64,000 nucleotides of DNA from Escherichia coli (GTDB taxonomy: Bacteria > Pseudomonadota > Gammaproteobacteria > Enterobacterales > Enterobacteriaceae). The translations under genes were made by a program, and so were the position numbers. The stretch lies in the NCBI RefSeq assembly GCF_024502345.1, contig NZ_JALDNN010000001.1. The stretch is one strand, 5' to 3'. This document shows, one piece after another, positions 48,196 through 62,055 of the stretch (positions within the stretch are counted from its first letter, which is position 1; the number at the start of each line of letters is the position of its first letter). The notes under the pieces are model-generated. The model was not told where the DNA came from. It made no database searches and saw only the letters and a list, made by a program, of their open reading frames with translations.

Positions 48196-50856
48196 TCATG
48201 ATTCCTCGCGTTGGGCAAGATTTAGCGTAAGCCCAACGATCCCCTCTTCGAGCTGGATATCAACGTTAAACCCGAGCTTGCGGGCTAGCGCCACCATGCC
48301 ACGATTGTTTGGCATCGTAATACCATTCAGACGTTGTAGTCCGTGATCTCGCGTATAGGTAATCAACTTTTCCATTAAGCGTCGACCTAAGCCTAACCCT
48401 TTGAGATCCGAGCGAACCAGCACAGCAAATTCGGCATCGATGTTATCAGGATCGGAAATCGCACGCGTGACGCCGAGGATCTCTTCCGTTTGATCAATAC
48501 GTCGTACCGCTACAAACGCCATTTCCCGATCGTAGTCGATCTGTGTCATGTTGGCTAAATCTTCATGGGTAAATTCGTTGATCTCGCTAAAGTAGCGGTA
48601 ATAAAGATCTTCTTTGGTGACTCGCGAAATGAATTGCTGAAGTTGTGGCTCATCTTCTGGCAAAATCGGGCGGAACAAGCAGCGTTCACCGTTTTTCAAT
48701 TCTACCCATTCTTCCAGCTGATGCGGATAAGGGCGCACTGCCAGCCGACTCTCGTTATCGCCTTCAAACGGCGCGATATCCAGCGTGACATCCAGCGCGG
48801 TAAATTCACTGCCAGAAGCCAGCAAAGGATGAATATCCAGACGCTGAATTTCCGGGCAATCGACAATCAAGTTGGAAACCTGCACCAGAAGCTGGCTCAA
48901 GCCTGCAACATCCAATGGGCGTAGCGCACTGCGCGCACGAATCTTTTTACTTTTGATCCCCTGAATAACCAGATAGCGGGCCAGGTTCATGTTCAGCGGC
49001 GGCAGTGCGACGACGGCTTGATCTTCAGGACGCCACTCCACACCGCCTTCACCCAGCATGATCAACGGCCCAAAAACCGGATCGTGCTCAACCACAACCC
49101 GCAACTCCTGAGCGCCAGCACGGTTAGCCATACTTTGCACCAACAGGCCGTGGATCCGCGCCTGTGGCCAGGCCATTTTTACGCGATCGAAAATAGCGTT
49201 CGCCGCTTGCTGGACTTCATTGGCTGTACGCAGGTAAAGCATGACGCCCTGAACTTCCGATTTATGTGGAATATCCGGCGAACGTAATTTCAGCGCCACC
49301 GGATAACCAATCTGTTCGGCAATATGCACCGCTTCGGTGCTATCGCTGGCAATCCAGGTAGGGAGCGTGTTCATGCCATACGCTTGCAGGATGGGCTGAA
49401 CTTCATGGGTATCGAGCGACGTAGCCCCTTCGGCAATCGCCTGTTGCAACAGAAGATGCGCTTCTGCGGTATTGGAAGTCAGATTGCTGGGCAACGCCGG
49501 CGTTTCGCGTAGTTGCTTCTGATTACGCCGGTACTCCACCATATGCATAAAAGCAGTGATGGTTCCTTCCGGGGTACGGTAGGTCGGCAGCCCGGCTTCG
49601 CTGAATAAACGTCGTGCCTCTTGCGAGGAGTGCTCGCCGCACCAGTTCGTCAGCAAAGAGACATATTTGCTGCGGGGATGATGCTTTACCGCTTCAATTA
49701 ATACTTGCGCGCTTTCTGTTGCGGGAGCAGCGGCGCTGGGCGAATGAATAACCATCAGCGCATCAAAATCCTGGCTGTGGAGCAGAATGTCCAGCGTTTT
49801 GACATAATGCTCGCTGCTGGCGTCATCGCGCAGATCGAGCGGGTTAGAGACTGCCACATGTTCTGGCAATGCATCGCGCAATTTCTGGCAGGTTTCTTCG
49901 CTTAGCGTTGCCAGCTTGCCATTGCGTGACCATAAGGCATCCAGCGCCAGCGCGGCAGGCGCAGCACCGTTGCTGATAATCATCAACCGGTCGCCACGCA
50001 GCGGGCGCATATGGCTAAGGGTTTCCACCGCCGAAAACAGTTCGTGGGTATCCTGTACCCGCAACAAACCGGCACGCTGAATAGCCGCATCCCATGCCGG
50101 GTCCATTCCTGCCGTCGTGTTGAGCAGTCGCTGTGCCGCCGGGCTACGTCCGCTTTTAATCACCAGAATCGGTTTATTACGCGAGGCACTACGGGCTGCC
50201 GAAACAAAGCGTCGCGCGTCGCTTAACTGTTCGAGATAGAGCAGGATGGCGCTGGTTTTACTGTCGCGCGCCAGATAGTCGAGCAATTCATCAACGTCGA
50301 TATCCAGGCTGTCGCCGAGCGCAATAAAGTAGGAAAAGCCCATCTCACGCTGTTGCGCCCAGTCGAGGATGGTGTTGGAGACGGCTGCCGATTGTGAAAT
50401 AAACGCCAGCTTGCCGCGTTTAATCGGCACAGGCGAAAAGCTGGCATTCAGACCTTGCCAGGGAGCCAGTAAACCCAGACTGTTTGGTCCAAGCAGGCGC
50501 ATGTTATGGCGCAGGGCGCAGGCGCGGAGATCTTCGTGTTGCGATGCCGGGGCGGAAAGAATAATGCAGGTTTTACAGCCTTTCTCGCCGAGCTCTTCCA
50601 GAAGAGCAAGATTACGGCTGGCATTGGTACATAAAACCGCAAGGTCGGGTGTAAAGGGCAAGCTGGCAATATCCGGCCAGGCCAACACACCCAACACCGC
50701 TTTCCAGGCTGGCGTCACCGGGAGTACCGGTCCGTTAAAGCCTCCCGCCAGCAGGTTACGCATCATCAGGTAACCTGCGCGATTGGGTTTCATCGACGCG
50801 CCAATTACCGCTATCGATTTTGGTCGCAGTAGTGCTTCCAGTCCTCGCTGACTCAT
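48196..50856 (-). CDS. patZ: Protein lysine acetyltransferase PatZ (YfiQ/Pka)
   Basis: 886-aa ORF with CoA-binding/acyl-CoA synthetase-like region and C-terminal GNAT domain. Confidence 0.9.
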   Translation of the reverse strand: MSQRGLEALLRPKSIAVIGASMKPNRAGYLMMRNLLAGGFNGPVLPVTPAWKAVLGVLAWPDIASLPFTPDLAVLCTNASRNLALLEELGEKGCKTCIILSAPASQHEDLRACALRHNMRLLGPNSLGLLAPWQGLNASFSPVPIKRGKLAFISQSAAVSNTILDWAQQREMGFSYFIALGDSLDIDVDELLDYLARDSKTSAILLYLEQLSDARRFVSAARSASRNKPILVIKSGRSPAAQRLLNTTAGMDPAWDAAIQRAGLLRVQDTHELFSAVETLSHMRPLRGDRLMIISNGAAPAALALDALWSRNGKLATLSEETCQKLRDALPEHVAVSNPLDLRDDASSEHYVKTLDILLHSQDFDALMVIHSPSAAAPATESAQVLIEAVKHHPRSKYVSLLTNWCGEHSSQEARRLFSEAGLPTYRTPEGTITAFMHMVEYRRNQKQLRETPALPSNLTSNTAEAHLLLQQAIAEGATSLDTHEVQPILQAYGMNTLPTWIASDSTEAVHIAEQIGYPVALKLRSPDIPHKSEVQGVMLYLRTANEVQQAANAIFDRVKMAWPQARIHGLLVQSMANRAGAQELRVVVEHDPVFGPLIMLGEGGVEWRPEDQAVVALPPLNMNLARYLVIQGIKSKKIRARSALRPLDVAGLSQLLVQVSNLIVDCPEIQRLDIHPLLASGSEFTALDVTLDIAPFEGDNESRLAVRPYPHQLEEWVELKNGERCLFRPILPEDEPQLQQFISRVTKEDLYYRYFSEINEFTHEDLANMTQIDYDREMAFVAVRRIDQTEEILGVTRAISDPDNIDAEFAVLVRSDLKGLGLGRRLMEKLITYTRDHGLQRLNGITMPNNRGMVALARKLGFNVDIQLEEGIVGLTLNLAQREES

Positions 50857-50887
50857 ACCGGTCTCCCGCAGAAGTGACCGAATGATT

Positions 50888-51586
50888 TTAAACGCTTTCT
50901 AACTGTTCTGCTGTGATGCTACCCAGATGTTGCGTTTTTCCTGCCAGATAGCGTGTTTTAAAGCGGGTAAAATGCTCGCCTAACCCTGCTGCCGCCCCGG
51001 TATCGCCGGCCATATCTAACAGTGCGATGGCTACCTCGGCAGTACAATATTGGCCTGCAGCCTGGGCTTCACGCAGGCGATAGGCAGAAAGCCGGGAAAG
51101 ATCGACGGAAATGACGGGAAGATTATCCAGATACGGACTTTTACGAAACATCTTGCGAGCTTCCGGCCAGGTACCATCGAGCATGATAAACAGCGGTGGC
51201 TTACCGGCAGGTGGTGTGAAGATCACTTCCCGTTGCTCATCAGCATACGAGGCGGGAAAGACCACCATTGGCTGATAATCCGGGTTTTGTACCAGATCCA
51301 GCAAATCCTGCGAGGGTTCGGTACGCGACCATTGAAACGCAACGGTATCAGGCAAAATATCAGCAATCAGACGCCCGGTATTACTGGGCTTCATTGGCTC
51401 GGTGTCGAACATCAGCAAACAGAAGCGACTTTTTGCTTGTGCTGGGGTAATTGTCGAACAGAGACATAATTTCTCTGGCAAAAGACAGCGTTGGCAGCGA
51501 CGAACGCGATTACCGCGGGCAAGAAAAGGACGTGTTGCGCGCGCAATACGCTCGGCGCGTAACTGGAGAACAGCGTTTTCGGTCAT
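50888..51586 (-). CDS. yfiP: DTW-domain tRNA-modifying protein YfiP (TapT)
   Basis: MTENAVLQLRAERIARATRPF... with Cys cluster and DTW motif (MLDGTWPEA). Confidence 0.85.
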   Translation of the reverse strand: MTENAVLQLRAERIARATRPFLARGNRVRRCQRCLLPEKLCLCSTITPAQAKSRFCLLMFDTEPMKPSNTGRLIADILPDTVAFQWSRTEPSQDLLDLVQNPDYQPMVVFPASYADEQREVIFTPPAGKPPLFIMLDGTWPEARKMFRKSPYLDNLPVISVDLSRLSAYRLREAQAAGQYCTAEVAIALLDMAGDTGAAAGLGEHFTRFKTRYLAGKTQHLGSITAEQLESV

Positions 51587-51654
51587 AAGAGAGCGTCGAA
51601 AAAACGCCATTGTCGCAGAGGAGAAAACGGGGCACAAGATGCGCCCCGGTAAGA

Positions 51655-52074
51655 TTAAAGAGATTCGTTCAGCCAGCTATCGAACGGCGCTTTCGGTACT
51701 GCGCCATTAAGCATGTCGACAACCTGACCGTTTTTGAAAATCATGATCGTCGGTATACTACGAATTCCAAAGCGACTGCTCAATTCACGTTCAGCTTCGG
51801 TATTCACTTTCACAAAGCGCACTTTACCGCTACGCTCTTGCGCGACATCTTCAAAAATTGGTGCGAAATTACGGCAGGGGCCGCACCACGGTGCCCAGAA
51901 GTCGATCACCACTGGTAGATCATCTTTCAGCAATTTGTCGAGCGTTTCACCGGTCGCATTAATCACCTCTCCGTCAAACAAGTCGTGACCGCAGCGTCCG
52001 CATTTTGCCGCATCTTCGATCCGATCGTCGGGAATGCGATTGATGGCCTGACAATGGGTACAAACGGTATTCAT
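51655..52074 (-). CDS. trxC: Thioredoxin 2
   Basis: 139-aa ORF with N-terminal zinc-binding cysteines and WCGPC active site. Confidence 0.95.
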
Positions 52075-52280
52075 AACTAACCTCGGGATGAGTAAGGAGA
52101 CTTATCGGCAACAACGCCGGTATGTTTCTAATATGTTACATATTATCGGGGACATTGTTCCAGACAACAATCTGTTTTATTCAATAGGTATGATAGTCGC
52201 AGGCTTTGGTACGAAATCATGGCGAACCGCGCGGACTTCGGGTAATCTGCGCGCTTCGCGCAGCGCTGGTGGAGAAAAGC

Positions 52281-53318
52281 ATGAACGATGAAATGAAAGG
52301 TAAAAGCGGCAAGGTCAAAGTGATGTATGTCCGCAGTGATGATGATTCTGATAAACGTACCCACAACCCGCGTACCGGGAAAGGGGGCGGGCGTCCAGGA
52401 AAATCTCGTGCTGACGGTGGCCGTCGCCCCGCCCGCGATGACAAACAGAGTCAGCCCCGTGACCGCAAGTGGGAAGATTCGCCGTGGCGCACGGTTTCCC
52501 GCGCGCCGGGTGATGAGACGCCGGAAAAGGCCGATCACGGTGGCATCAGTGGTAAAAGTTTTATTGATCCGGAAGTGTTGCGTCGTCAGCGTGCGGAAGA
52601 AACCCGCGTCTACGGCGAAAACGCCTGTCAGGCACTGTTCCAGAGCCGTCCGGAAGCGATTGTTCGCGCCTGGTTTATCCAGAGTGTAACGCCGCGTTTT
52701 AAAGAAGCCTTGCGCTGGATGGCAGCAAACCGCAAAGCGTACCATGTGGTAGATGAAGCGGAATTGACAAAAGCGTCAGGCACGGAACATCACGGTGGCG
52801 TTTGCTTCCTGATCAAAAAGCGTAATGGCACAACCGTGCAGCAGTGGGTAAGCCAGGCAGGCGCGCAGGATTGTGTTCTGGCACTGGAAAACGAATCTAA
52901 CCCGCATAACCTGGGTGGCATGATGCGCAGCTGCGCGCACTTTGGCGTGAAAGGTGTTGTGGTGCAGGATGCGGCACTGCTGGAGTCGGGTGCGGCTATC
53001 CGTACCGCAGAAGGCGGCGCAGAGCACGTTCAGCCGATTACTGGCGACAACATTGTTAACGTGCTGGATGATTTCCGTCAGGCGGGTTACACCGTAGTGA
53101 CAACTTCCAGCGAGCAGGGGAAACCGCTGTTCAAAACCAGCCTGCCAGCGAAAATGGTACTGGTGCTGGGTCAGGAATATGAAGGGTTACCGGATGCCGC
53201 ACGCGATCCGAACGATCTGCGCGTGAAGATTGACGGTACGGGCAACGTTGCCGGGCTGAATATCTCTGTTGCAACAGGCGTTTTGCTTGGTGAATGGTGG
53301 CGTCAGAATAAAGCCTGA
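52281..53318 (+). CDS. yfiF: SpoU-family RNA methyltransferase YfiF
   Basis: [22 protein letters not shown]...; basic N-terminal region plus SpoU-type C-terminus. Confidence 0.85.
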
Positions 53319-53365
53319 TAAATCAGCCGGGTGGCAACTCTGCCATCCGGCATTTTCCCGCAAAT

Positions 53366-54055
53366 TTACTCACTCTCTGCCGGTAATACTGGCATCCAGT
53401 CAATCGGCGTCTCGCCATGTTGTTCCAGCCACTGATTTGCCAGCACAAAATGGTTGCAGCCAAAGAATCCACGATGCGCCGAAAGCGGCGACGGATGCGG
53501 TGCTTTCAGTACATGATGGCGTTGCTTATCTATAATCGCCCCTTTCTTTTGCGCATGCGATCCCCACAACAAAAACACCACGCCTTCGCGATGCTGGTTA
53601 ATCAGGCTGATCACTTTATCGGTGAAGGTTTCCCAGCCGAGGCTGGCGTGGGAATGCGCCTGACCTGCGCGTACCGTCAACACAGTATTGAGTAGCAGAA
53701 CGCCCTGACGCGCCCAGCTTTCAAGATAACCATGATTAGGGCGGGTGAAGCCCGGAATAGTATTTTCCAGCTCTTTATACATATTCAGCAGTGACGGAGG
53801 AGTGGCGATTCCGGGGCGAACGGAAAATGCCAGCCCATGCGCCTGTCCCGGTCCGTGATAAGGATCCTGGCCGAGAATCACCACTTTAACGTCACCCAAC
53901 TCGGTAAAGCGGAACGCGTTAAAGACATCTTTTTGTGGTGGATAGATAGTGATGCCGGACTGCCGCTCGCTGGCGACGGTCTGAAGGGTATTAAGAAAAT
54001 AGGGTTGCTGCTTCTCTTCAGCCAGCACGTCATGCCATGTTAATTCGTTAGCCAT
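53366..54055 (-). CDS. ung: Uracil-DNA glycosylase
   Basis: 229-aa ORF with GQDPYH motif. Confidence 0.95.
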   Translation of the reverse strand: MANELTWHDVLAEEKQQPYFLNTLQTVASERQSGITIYPPQKDVFNAFRFTELGDVKVVILGQDPYHGPGQAHGLAFSVRPGIATPPSLLNMYKELENTIPGFTRPNHGYLESWARQGVLLLNTVLTVRAGQAHSHASLGWETFTDKVISLINQHREGVVFLLWGSHAQKKGAIIDKQRHHVLKAPHPSPLSAHRGFFGCNHFVLANQWLEQHGETPIDWMPVLPAESE

Positions 54056-54359
54056 CTCGCTCTCCTGCGAATCTTCAATCCGCCTAGCTTAACTGCTTCT
54101 TTCTACAGAACAAAATCATGCTCATTTTTTAGACTTAAACGAGTGCAAAAAAATGTAAATTGGTAAAATTTCACACCCGCATAAGTTGATGTAAAACAAT
54201 AAAATCCATTTGCGACCACAATCGATGTGTGATTTTTATTGATTTAAATCAAAGAATAAAGGGTGTTTGAGGAGTATATATACACTCAAGCAACAATGGT
54301 TTTACCAATTGGCCGCGACAGGCTGAACAAATCAAATAATTTTGCCGGGGAGGCATCAC

Positions 54360-54743
54360 ATGATTACAGGTATCCAGATTACTAAAGCCGCTAACGACGA
54401 TCTGCTGAACTCTTTCTGGCTGCTGGACAGCGAAAAAGGCGAAGCACGTTGCATCGTTGCGAAAGCAGGTTTTGCAGAAGACGAAGTGGTTGCAGTAAGC
54501 AAACTGGGTGACATTGAGTACCGTGAAGTTCCAGTAGAAGTGAAACCAGAAGTTCGCGTTGAAGGTGGTCAGCACCTGAACGTTAACGTTCTGCGTCGTG
54601 AAACTCTGGAAGATGCAGTTAAGCATCCGGAAAAATATCCGCAGCTGACCATCCGTGTATCCGGTTATGCAGTTCGCTTTAACTCTCTGACTCCGGAACA
54701 GCAGCGCGACGTTATCGCTCGTACCTTTACTGAAAGCCTGTAA
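54360..54743 (+). CDS. grcA: Autonomous glycyl radical cofactor GrcA (YfiD)
   Basis: [20 protein letters not shown]...[12 protein letters not shown] glycyl-radical motif. Confidence 0.95.
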
Positions 54744-54765
54744 GGCTTAAGTAGCAAGTTACTAA

Positions 54766-54797
54766 GCGGAAGAGGGCGACCTCTTCCGCTTTTTTTC
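54766..54797 (+). terminator. grcA intrinsic terminator
   Basis: gcggaagagg / gcga / cctcttccgc followed by TTTTTTT. Confidence 0.8.
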
Positions 54798-54798
54798 A

Positions 54799-55386
54799 TT
54801 AATAAAAAATGCGTACCGCGCAATAGATCAGCAGCAGCGCCAGCACGATATTTAACTGGCGACCATACTGGCGAAACAATCGCTGAAACAGATGCCCCGC
54901 CAGCGCCCAGCACACATTACCAAACGTCCCAATCATTGCCAGCAAAACGCTGACGCCAACTATCCAGCTTAACGCCTGTGTTTGCGGCAGAACAAATGTC
55001 GACAGTGCCGTAACACCGTACAAAATGATTTTGACGTTCACAAACTGCAAAGCAAAGCTGGCCCAAAAACTGATTGGTTTTGTCTGAAGCCCGTCTTCCT
55101 TTGTTGGACTGGTAGCGATTTTCCACGCCAGCCAGACAATATATGCCGCCCCCGCCCAACTCAACAGATGCACAGCTGCCGGGTCGATAACAGCCAGTGA
55201 AAACGAAATGCCCGCACACAGCAACATGACGATTAAAAATCCCAGACTCATCCCTGCCAGCACGCGGGTACTTTGACGAAATCCATGCGACGTAGCAGAG
55301 CTAAGGGCGAGAATATTGTTCGGTCCTGGCGTCATAGCGGTAATCAGGGTGTAAGTCCAAAAAGCACTTAAAAGGGTCGGTGTCAC
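54799..55386 (-). CDS. eamB: Cysteine/O-acetylserine exporter EamB (YfiK), LysE/RhtB family
   Basis: 195-aa hydrophobic ORF. Confidence 0.9.
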   Translation of the reverse strand: MTPTLLSAFWTYTLITAMTPGPNNILALSSATSHGFRQSTRVLAGMSLGFLIVMLLCAGISFSLAVIDPAAVHLLSWAGAAYIVWLAWKIATSPTKEDGLQTKPISFWASFALQFVNVKIILYGVTALSTFVLPQTQALSWIVGVSVLLAMIGTFGNVCWALAGHLFQRLFRQYGRQLNIVLALLLIYCAVRIFY

Positions 55387-55488
55387 TTGTTATCTCCTCT
55401 GTTTTGGTAGACAGTACCCGACACGGAACATTTAAAAAAATGAATGTTTTTATATTCTAGATTCGATATTTTCGATAGGTTTGGGGTT

Positions 55489-56370
55489 ATGGATCTGCGC
55501 CGTTTTATTACGCTTAAAACCGTGGTGGAAGAGGGTTCCTTTTTGCGAGCTTCGCAAAAATTGTGCTGTACACAATCGACGGTGACTTTTCATATTCAGC
55601 AGCTTGAGCAGGAGTTTTCAGTCCAGTTATTTGAGAAAATTGGCCGACGGATGTGCCTTACCCGCGAAGGAAAAAAGTTGCTGCCGCACATTTATGAACT
55701 TACCCGAGTGATGGATACGCTTCGTGAGGCTGCCAAAAAGGAGTCAGATCCGGACGGGGAACTACGCGTTGTTTCGGGCGAAACGTTGCTCTCTTACCGA
55801 ATGCCGCAGGTGTTGCAGCGTTTTCGGCAACGCGCACCAAAAGTGCGTTTATCGTTGCAGTCGCTGAACTGTTACGTGATCCGTGATGCGCTACTGAATG
55901 ATGAGGCCGATGTCGGCGTCTTTTATCGCGTAGGGAATGATGATGCCCTGAACCGACGAGAGTTGGGTGAACAATCGCTGGTGCTGGTGGCTTCACCGCA
56001 AATTGCAGATGTCGATTTTACTGAGCCGGGAAGACATAACGCCTGTAGCTTTATTATCAACGAACCGCAATGTGTCTTCCGGCAGATATTTGAGAGCACG
56101 CTGCGTCAGCGGCGGATCACGGTGGAAAACACCATTGAGCTGTTAAGCATTGAAAGTATCAAACGTTGTGTCGCGGCGAATATCGGTGTCAGTTACTTGC
56201 CCCGCTTTGCGGTGGAAAAAGAGCTTGAGAGCGGAGAATTAATTGAATTGCCTTTTGGCGAACAGTCGCAGACCATTACGGCCATGTGCGCACACCATGC
56301 TGGAAAAGCGGTTAGCCCGGCGATGCACACTTTTATTCAGTGTGTTGAAGAGAGTTTTGTGGCTGGATAA
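55489..56370 (+). CDS. yfiE: LysR-family transcriptional regulator YfiE
   Basis: MDLRRFITLKTVVEEGSFLRASQKLCCTQSTVTFHIQQLE... HTH plus substrate-binding domain. Confidence 0.85.
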   Translation: MDLRRFITLKTVVEEGSFLRASQKLCCTQSTVTFHIQQLEQEFSVQLFEKIGRRMCLTREGKKLLPHIYELTRVMDTLREAAKKESDPDGELRVVSGETLLSYRMPQVLQRFRQRAPKVRLSLQSLNCYVIRDALLNDEADVGVFYRVGNDDALNRRELGEQSLVLVASPQIADVDFTEPGRHNACSFIINEPQCVFRQIFESTLRQRRITVENTIELLSIESIKRCVAANIGVSYLPRFAVEKELESGELIELPFGEQSQTITAMCAHHAGKAVSPAMHTFIQCVEESFVAG

Positions 56371-56428
56371 AAATAATGTCGGGATTAAACCCGGCATTTA
56401 ACTTGTCGACAAAGTGCGCTTTATTCAT

Positions 56429-56526
56429 GCCGGATGCGGCGTGAACGCCTTATCCGGCCTACAAGATCGTGCAAATTCAATATATTGCATGAGCCACGTA
56501 GGCCTGATAAGCGTAGCGCATCAGGC
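56429..56526. repeat. REP/BIME element (two inverted REP copies)
   Basis: gccggatgcggcgtgaacgccttatccggcctac and gtaggcctgataagcgtagcgcatcaggc match the E. coli REP consensus. Confidence 0.85.
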
Positions 56527-56578
56527 AGTTTTGCGTTTGCCAGCACTTTTAATACCAGGCTTAAACCCGGCATTGAGA

Positions 56579-57913
56579 TTACTCTTCTGTCGTTTGCGGT
56601 GGCACGCCCGTTCCGCTTGGTTTACGGCGCTTACCAATATTTTTGGTGTCGCGATGGCGTTTTTTCACCCGCGGTTTCTCTTTCTCTTTAGCTTTTTTCT
56701 TCTCGGCGCGTTTTGCCAGTACTTTCTTCGATGGCTTGCCGGTCTGCTTCTCGCTTGGCGCACGCGTTTTCGGGCGTAACTCATCAATAACGCGAGCTTT
56801 AATCGGCTCTTCAATGTAACGGCCAACCTTGCCCAGCAGCAAATGGTCATGGGCTTCCACCAGCGAAATTGCGGTGCCTTTACGACCGGCGCGCGCGGTA
56901 CGTCCGATACGGTGCAAATAAGTATCGCCACTGCGCGGCATATCGAAGTTAAAGACGTGGCTGACGTCAGGAATGTCGATACCGCGCGCGGCAACATCGG
57001 TTGCAACCAGTACGTTTACGCGACCTTCGGTCAAACGCTTGATCGCTTCGTTACGCTTGCCTTGTACCATCTCACCTTCGAGATAGCAGTTGTTGATGCC
57101 CGCTTCGCGCAGCCAGTTTGCCAGCTCATGCACACGTTCACGCTTACGCACAAACACAATTGAGCGGGTCGCTTCCGGCTGTTTTAACAGATGCACCAGC
57201 AATGCGGTTTTATGTTCCAGGTCATCGGCGCGGTAATACCACTGATGAATTTTTTTGCGCTCACGGGTGGACGGATTGGCAGAAACCTCCACCGGATCTT
57301 CCAGCAGACGCTCGGCAAAGTCCTGAATCGCATCGCCTTCCAGCGTTGCCGAAAAGAGCAGGGTCTGTTTACGCCAGCGCGTTTCGCCAGCAATATGTTC
57401 GATATCCTGAGCGAAGCCCATATCCAGCATACGGTCTGCTTCGTCGAGGATCAGCGTTTCAACCGCGCGGCAATCGAAGTTCTCTTCTTTTATGTATTGC
57501 AGCAGACGTCCGGTCGTGGCGACCACGATGTCCTGATTTTCGCTGAACACTTCCGCGTGGTTCATATAGGCTACGCCGCCGGTGATGGTGGCGATATCCA
57601 GATGCGTATGTTTCGCCAGTTCGCGGGCATGATCGGCCACCTGCATCGCCAGCTCGCGAGTTGGGGTGAGGATCAAAATACGCGGCGGACCGGATTTCTT
57701 ACGTGGGAAATCGAGCAGGTGCTGCAACGCTGGCAGCAGATACGCCGCCGTTTTACCGGTGCCTGTCGGCGCAGAACCGAGTACATCACGGCCATCGAGC
57801 GCAGGCGGAATGGCGGCAGCCTGAATGGCGGTCGGGCGAGTGAAACCTTTATCCTGGAGGGCTTCCAGCAGGCTTTCGTCGAGTTCAAGTTCGGAAAAAG
57901 TCGTTACAGTCAT
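56579..57913 (-). CDS. srmB: DEAD-box RNA helicase SrmB
   Basis: 444-aa ORF with [17 protein letters not shown] motifs and basic C-terminal tail. Confidence 0.95.
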   Translation of the reverse strand: MTVTTFSELELDESLLEALQDKGFTRPTAIQAAAIPPALDGRDVLGSAPTGTGKTAAYLLPALQHLLDFPRKKSGPPRILILTPTRELAMQVADHARELAKHTHLDIATITGGVAYMNHAEVFSENQDIVVATTGRLLQYIKEENFDCRAVETLILDEADRMLDMGFAQDIEHIAGETRWRKQTLLFSATLEGDAIQDFAERLLEDPVEVSANPSTRERKKIHQWYYRADDLEHKTALLVHLLKQPEATRSIVFVRKRERVHELANWLREAGINNCYLEGEMVQGKRNEAIKRLTEGRVNVLVATDVAARGIDIPDVSHVFNFDMPRSGDTYLHRIGRTARAGRKGTAISLVEAHDHLLLGKVGRYIEEPIKARVIDELRPKTRAPSEKQTGKPSKKVLAKRAEKKKAKEKEKPRVKKRHRDTKNIGKRRKPSGTGVPPQTTEE

Positions 57914-58044
57914 GTTCTACCTCTGTGTGGGGCGCTGATTATAGACGTTACGGCTGCAATCTTCATCTGTTTGTATGGATATCGCTTCTCGGGTATTGTT
58001 CTCACCCGGTGCTATCGCCGTTTTTCCTGCAAGGTTTTATTTTC

Positions 58045-60398
<2,354 letters not shown>

Positions 60399-60686
60399 TT
60401 AATTTACTAAACACCGTTTGGTCAGCATAGCATCATGTTGTGCGAATAAACACCTGCTATTTTAATATTTGTTACAGTGGCTAAACACGCTGACGCAGGG
60501 CGGCGAGAAAAAGAGAAGTTACTGGCTGGTGGAGGATTAGGTGGTGAAATAAAAAGGCCGTTGGGTTACTCTTCAGGCAGTTAAATGGGCATTTCTACAC
60601 AGAGAATGCGATGTTCAGATTCTGTAGACTTATAATGATAGATAATGATCCGTCTACAGCATGACAAACAAAAACAGATGCGTTAC

Positions 60687-60714
60687 GGAACTTTACAAAA
60701 ACGAGACACTCTAA
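60687..60714 (+). promoter_or_regulatory. Sigma-E-dependent rpoE promoter
   Basis: GGAACTT-N16-TCTAA matches the sigma-E consensus. Confidence 0.7.
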
Positions 60715-60796
60715 CCCTTTGCTTGCTCAAATTGCAGCTAATGGAGTGGCGTTTCGATAGCGCGTGGAAATTTGGTTTGGGGAGACTTTACCTCGG

Positions 60797-61372
60797 ATGA
60801 GCGAGCAGTTAACGGACCAGGTCCTGGTTGAACGGGTCCAGAAGGGAGATCAGAAAGCCTTTAACTTACTGGTAGTGCGCTATCAGCATAAAGTGGCGAG
60901 TCTGGTTTCCCGCTATGTGCCGTCGGGTGATGTTCCCGATGTGGTACAAGAAGCTTTTATTAAAGCCTATCGTGCGCTGGATTCGTTCCGGGGAGATAGC
61001 GCTTTTTATACATGGCTGTATCGGATTGCTGTAAATACAGCGAAAAATTACCTGGTTGCTCAGGGGCGTCGTCCACCTTCCAGTGATGTGGATGCCATTG
61101 AAGCTGAAAACTTCGAAAGTGGCGGCGCGTTGAAAGAAATTTCGAACCCTGAGAACTTAATGTTGTCAGAAGAACTGAGACAGATAGTTTTCCGAACTAT
61201 TGAGTCCCTCCCGGAAGATTTGCGCATGGCAATAACCTTGCGGGAGCTGGATGGCCTGAGCTATGAAGAGATAGCCGCTATCATGGATTGTCCGGTAGGT
61301 ACGGTGCGTTCACGTATCTTCCGAGCGAGGGAAGCTATTGATAACAAAGTTCAACCGCTTATCAGGCGTTGA
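60797..61372 (+). CDS. rpoE: RNA polymerase sigma-E factor
   Basis: MSEQLTDQVLVERVQKGDQKAFNLLVVRYQHKV...; 191 aa. Confidence 0.95.
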   Translation: MSEQLTDQVLVERVQKGDQKAFNLLVVRYQHKVASLVSRYVPSGDVPDVVQEAFIKAYRALDSFRGDSAFYTWLYRIAVNTAKNYLVAQGRRPPSSDVDAIEAENFESGGALKEISNPENLMLSEELRQIVFRTIESLPEDLRMAITLRELDGLSYEEIAAIMDCPVGTVRSRIFRAREAIDNKVQPLIRR

Positions 61373-61404
61373 CGATAGCGGGATACTGGATAAGGGTATT
61401 AGGC

Positions 61405-62055
61405 ATGCAGAAAGAACAACTTTCCGCTTTAATGGATGGCGAAACGCTGGATAGTGAGCTGCTTAACGAACTGGCTCATAACCCAGAAATGCAGAAAACC
61501 TGGGAAAGCTATCACTTAATCCGTGATTCAATGCGGGGTGATACTCCCGAGGTGCTCCATTTCGATATCTCTTCACGCGTGATGGCCGCCATTGAAGAAG
61601 AGCCAGTACGTCAACCGGCGACATTGATCCCGGAAGCCCAGCCTGCGCCGCATCAATGGCAGAAAATGCCATTCTGGCAGAAAGTACGTCCGTGGGCGGC
61701 ACAGCTTACCCAAATGGGCGTAGCAGCATGCGTATCGCTTGCAGTTATCGTTGGCGTCCAGCACTATAATGGACAATCTGAAACGTCCCAGCAGCCCGAA
61801 ACGCCGGTATTTAATACACTGCCGATGATGGGTAAAGCCAGCCCGGTAAGCCTGGGAGTACCTTCTGAAGCGACCGCAAACAATGGTCAACAGCAGCAGG
61901 TACAGGAGCAGCGTCGTCGCATTAATGCAATGTTGCAGGATTACGAACTGCAACGCCGACTCCACTCTGAACAGCTTCAGTTTGAGCAGGCGCAAACCCA
62001 GCAAGCCGCTGTACAGGTGCCAGGAATTCAAACTTTAGGAACGCAATCGCAGTAA
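61405..62055 (+). CDS. rseA: Anti-sigma-E factor RseA
   Basis: MQKEQLSALMDGETLDSELLNELAH...; single transmembrane segment. Confidence 0.95.
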   Translation: MQKEQLSALMDGETLDSELLNELAHNPEMQKTWESYHLIRDSMRGDTPEVLHFDISSRVMAAIEEEPVRQPATLIPEAQPAPHQWQKMPFWQKVRPWAAQLTQMGVAACVSLAVIVGVQHYNGQSETSQQPETPVFNTLPMMGKASPVSLGVPSEATANNGQQQQVQEQRRRINAMLQDYELQRRLHSEQLQFEQAQTQQAAVQVPGIQTLGTQSQ

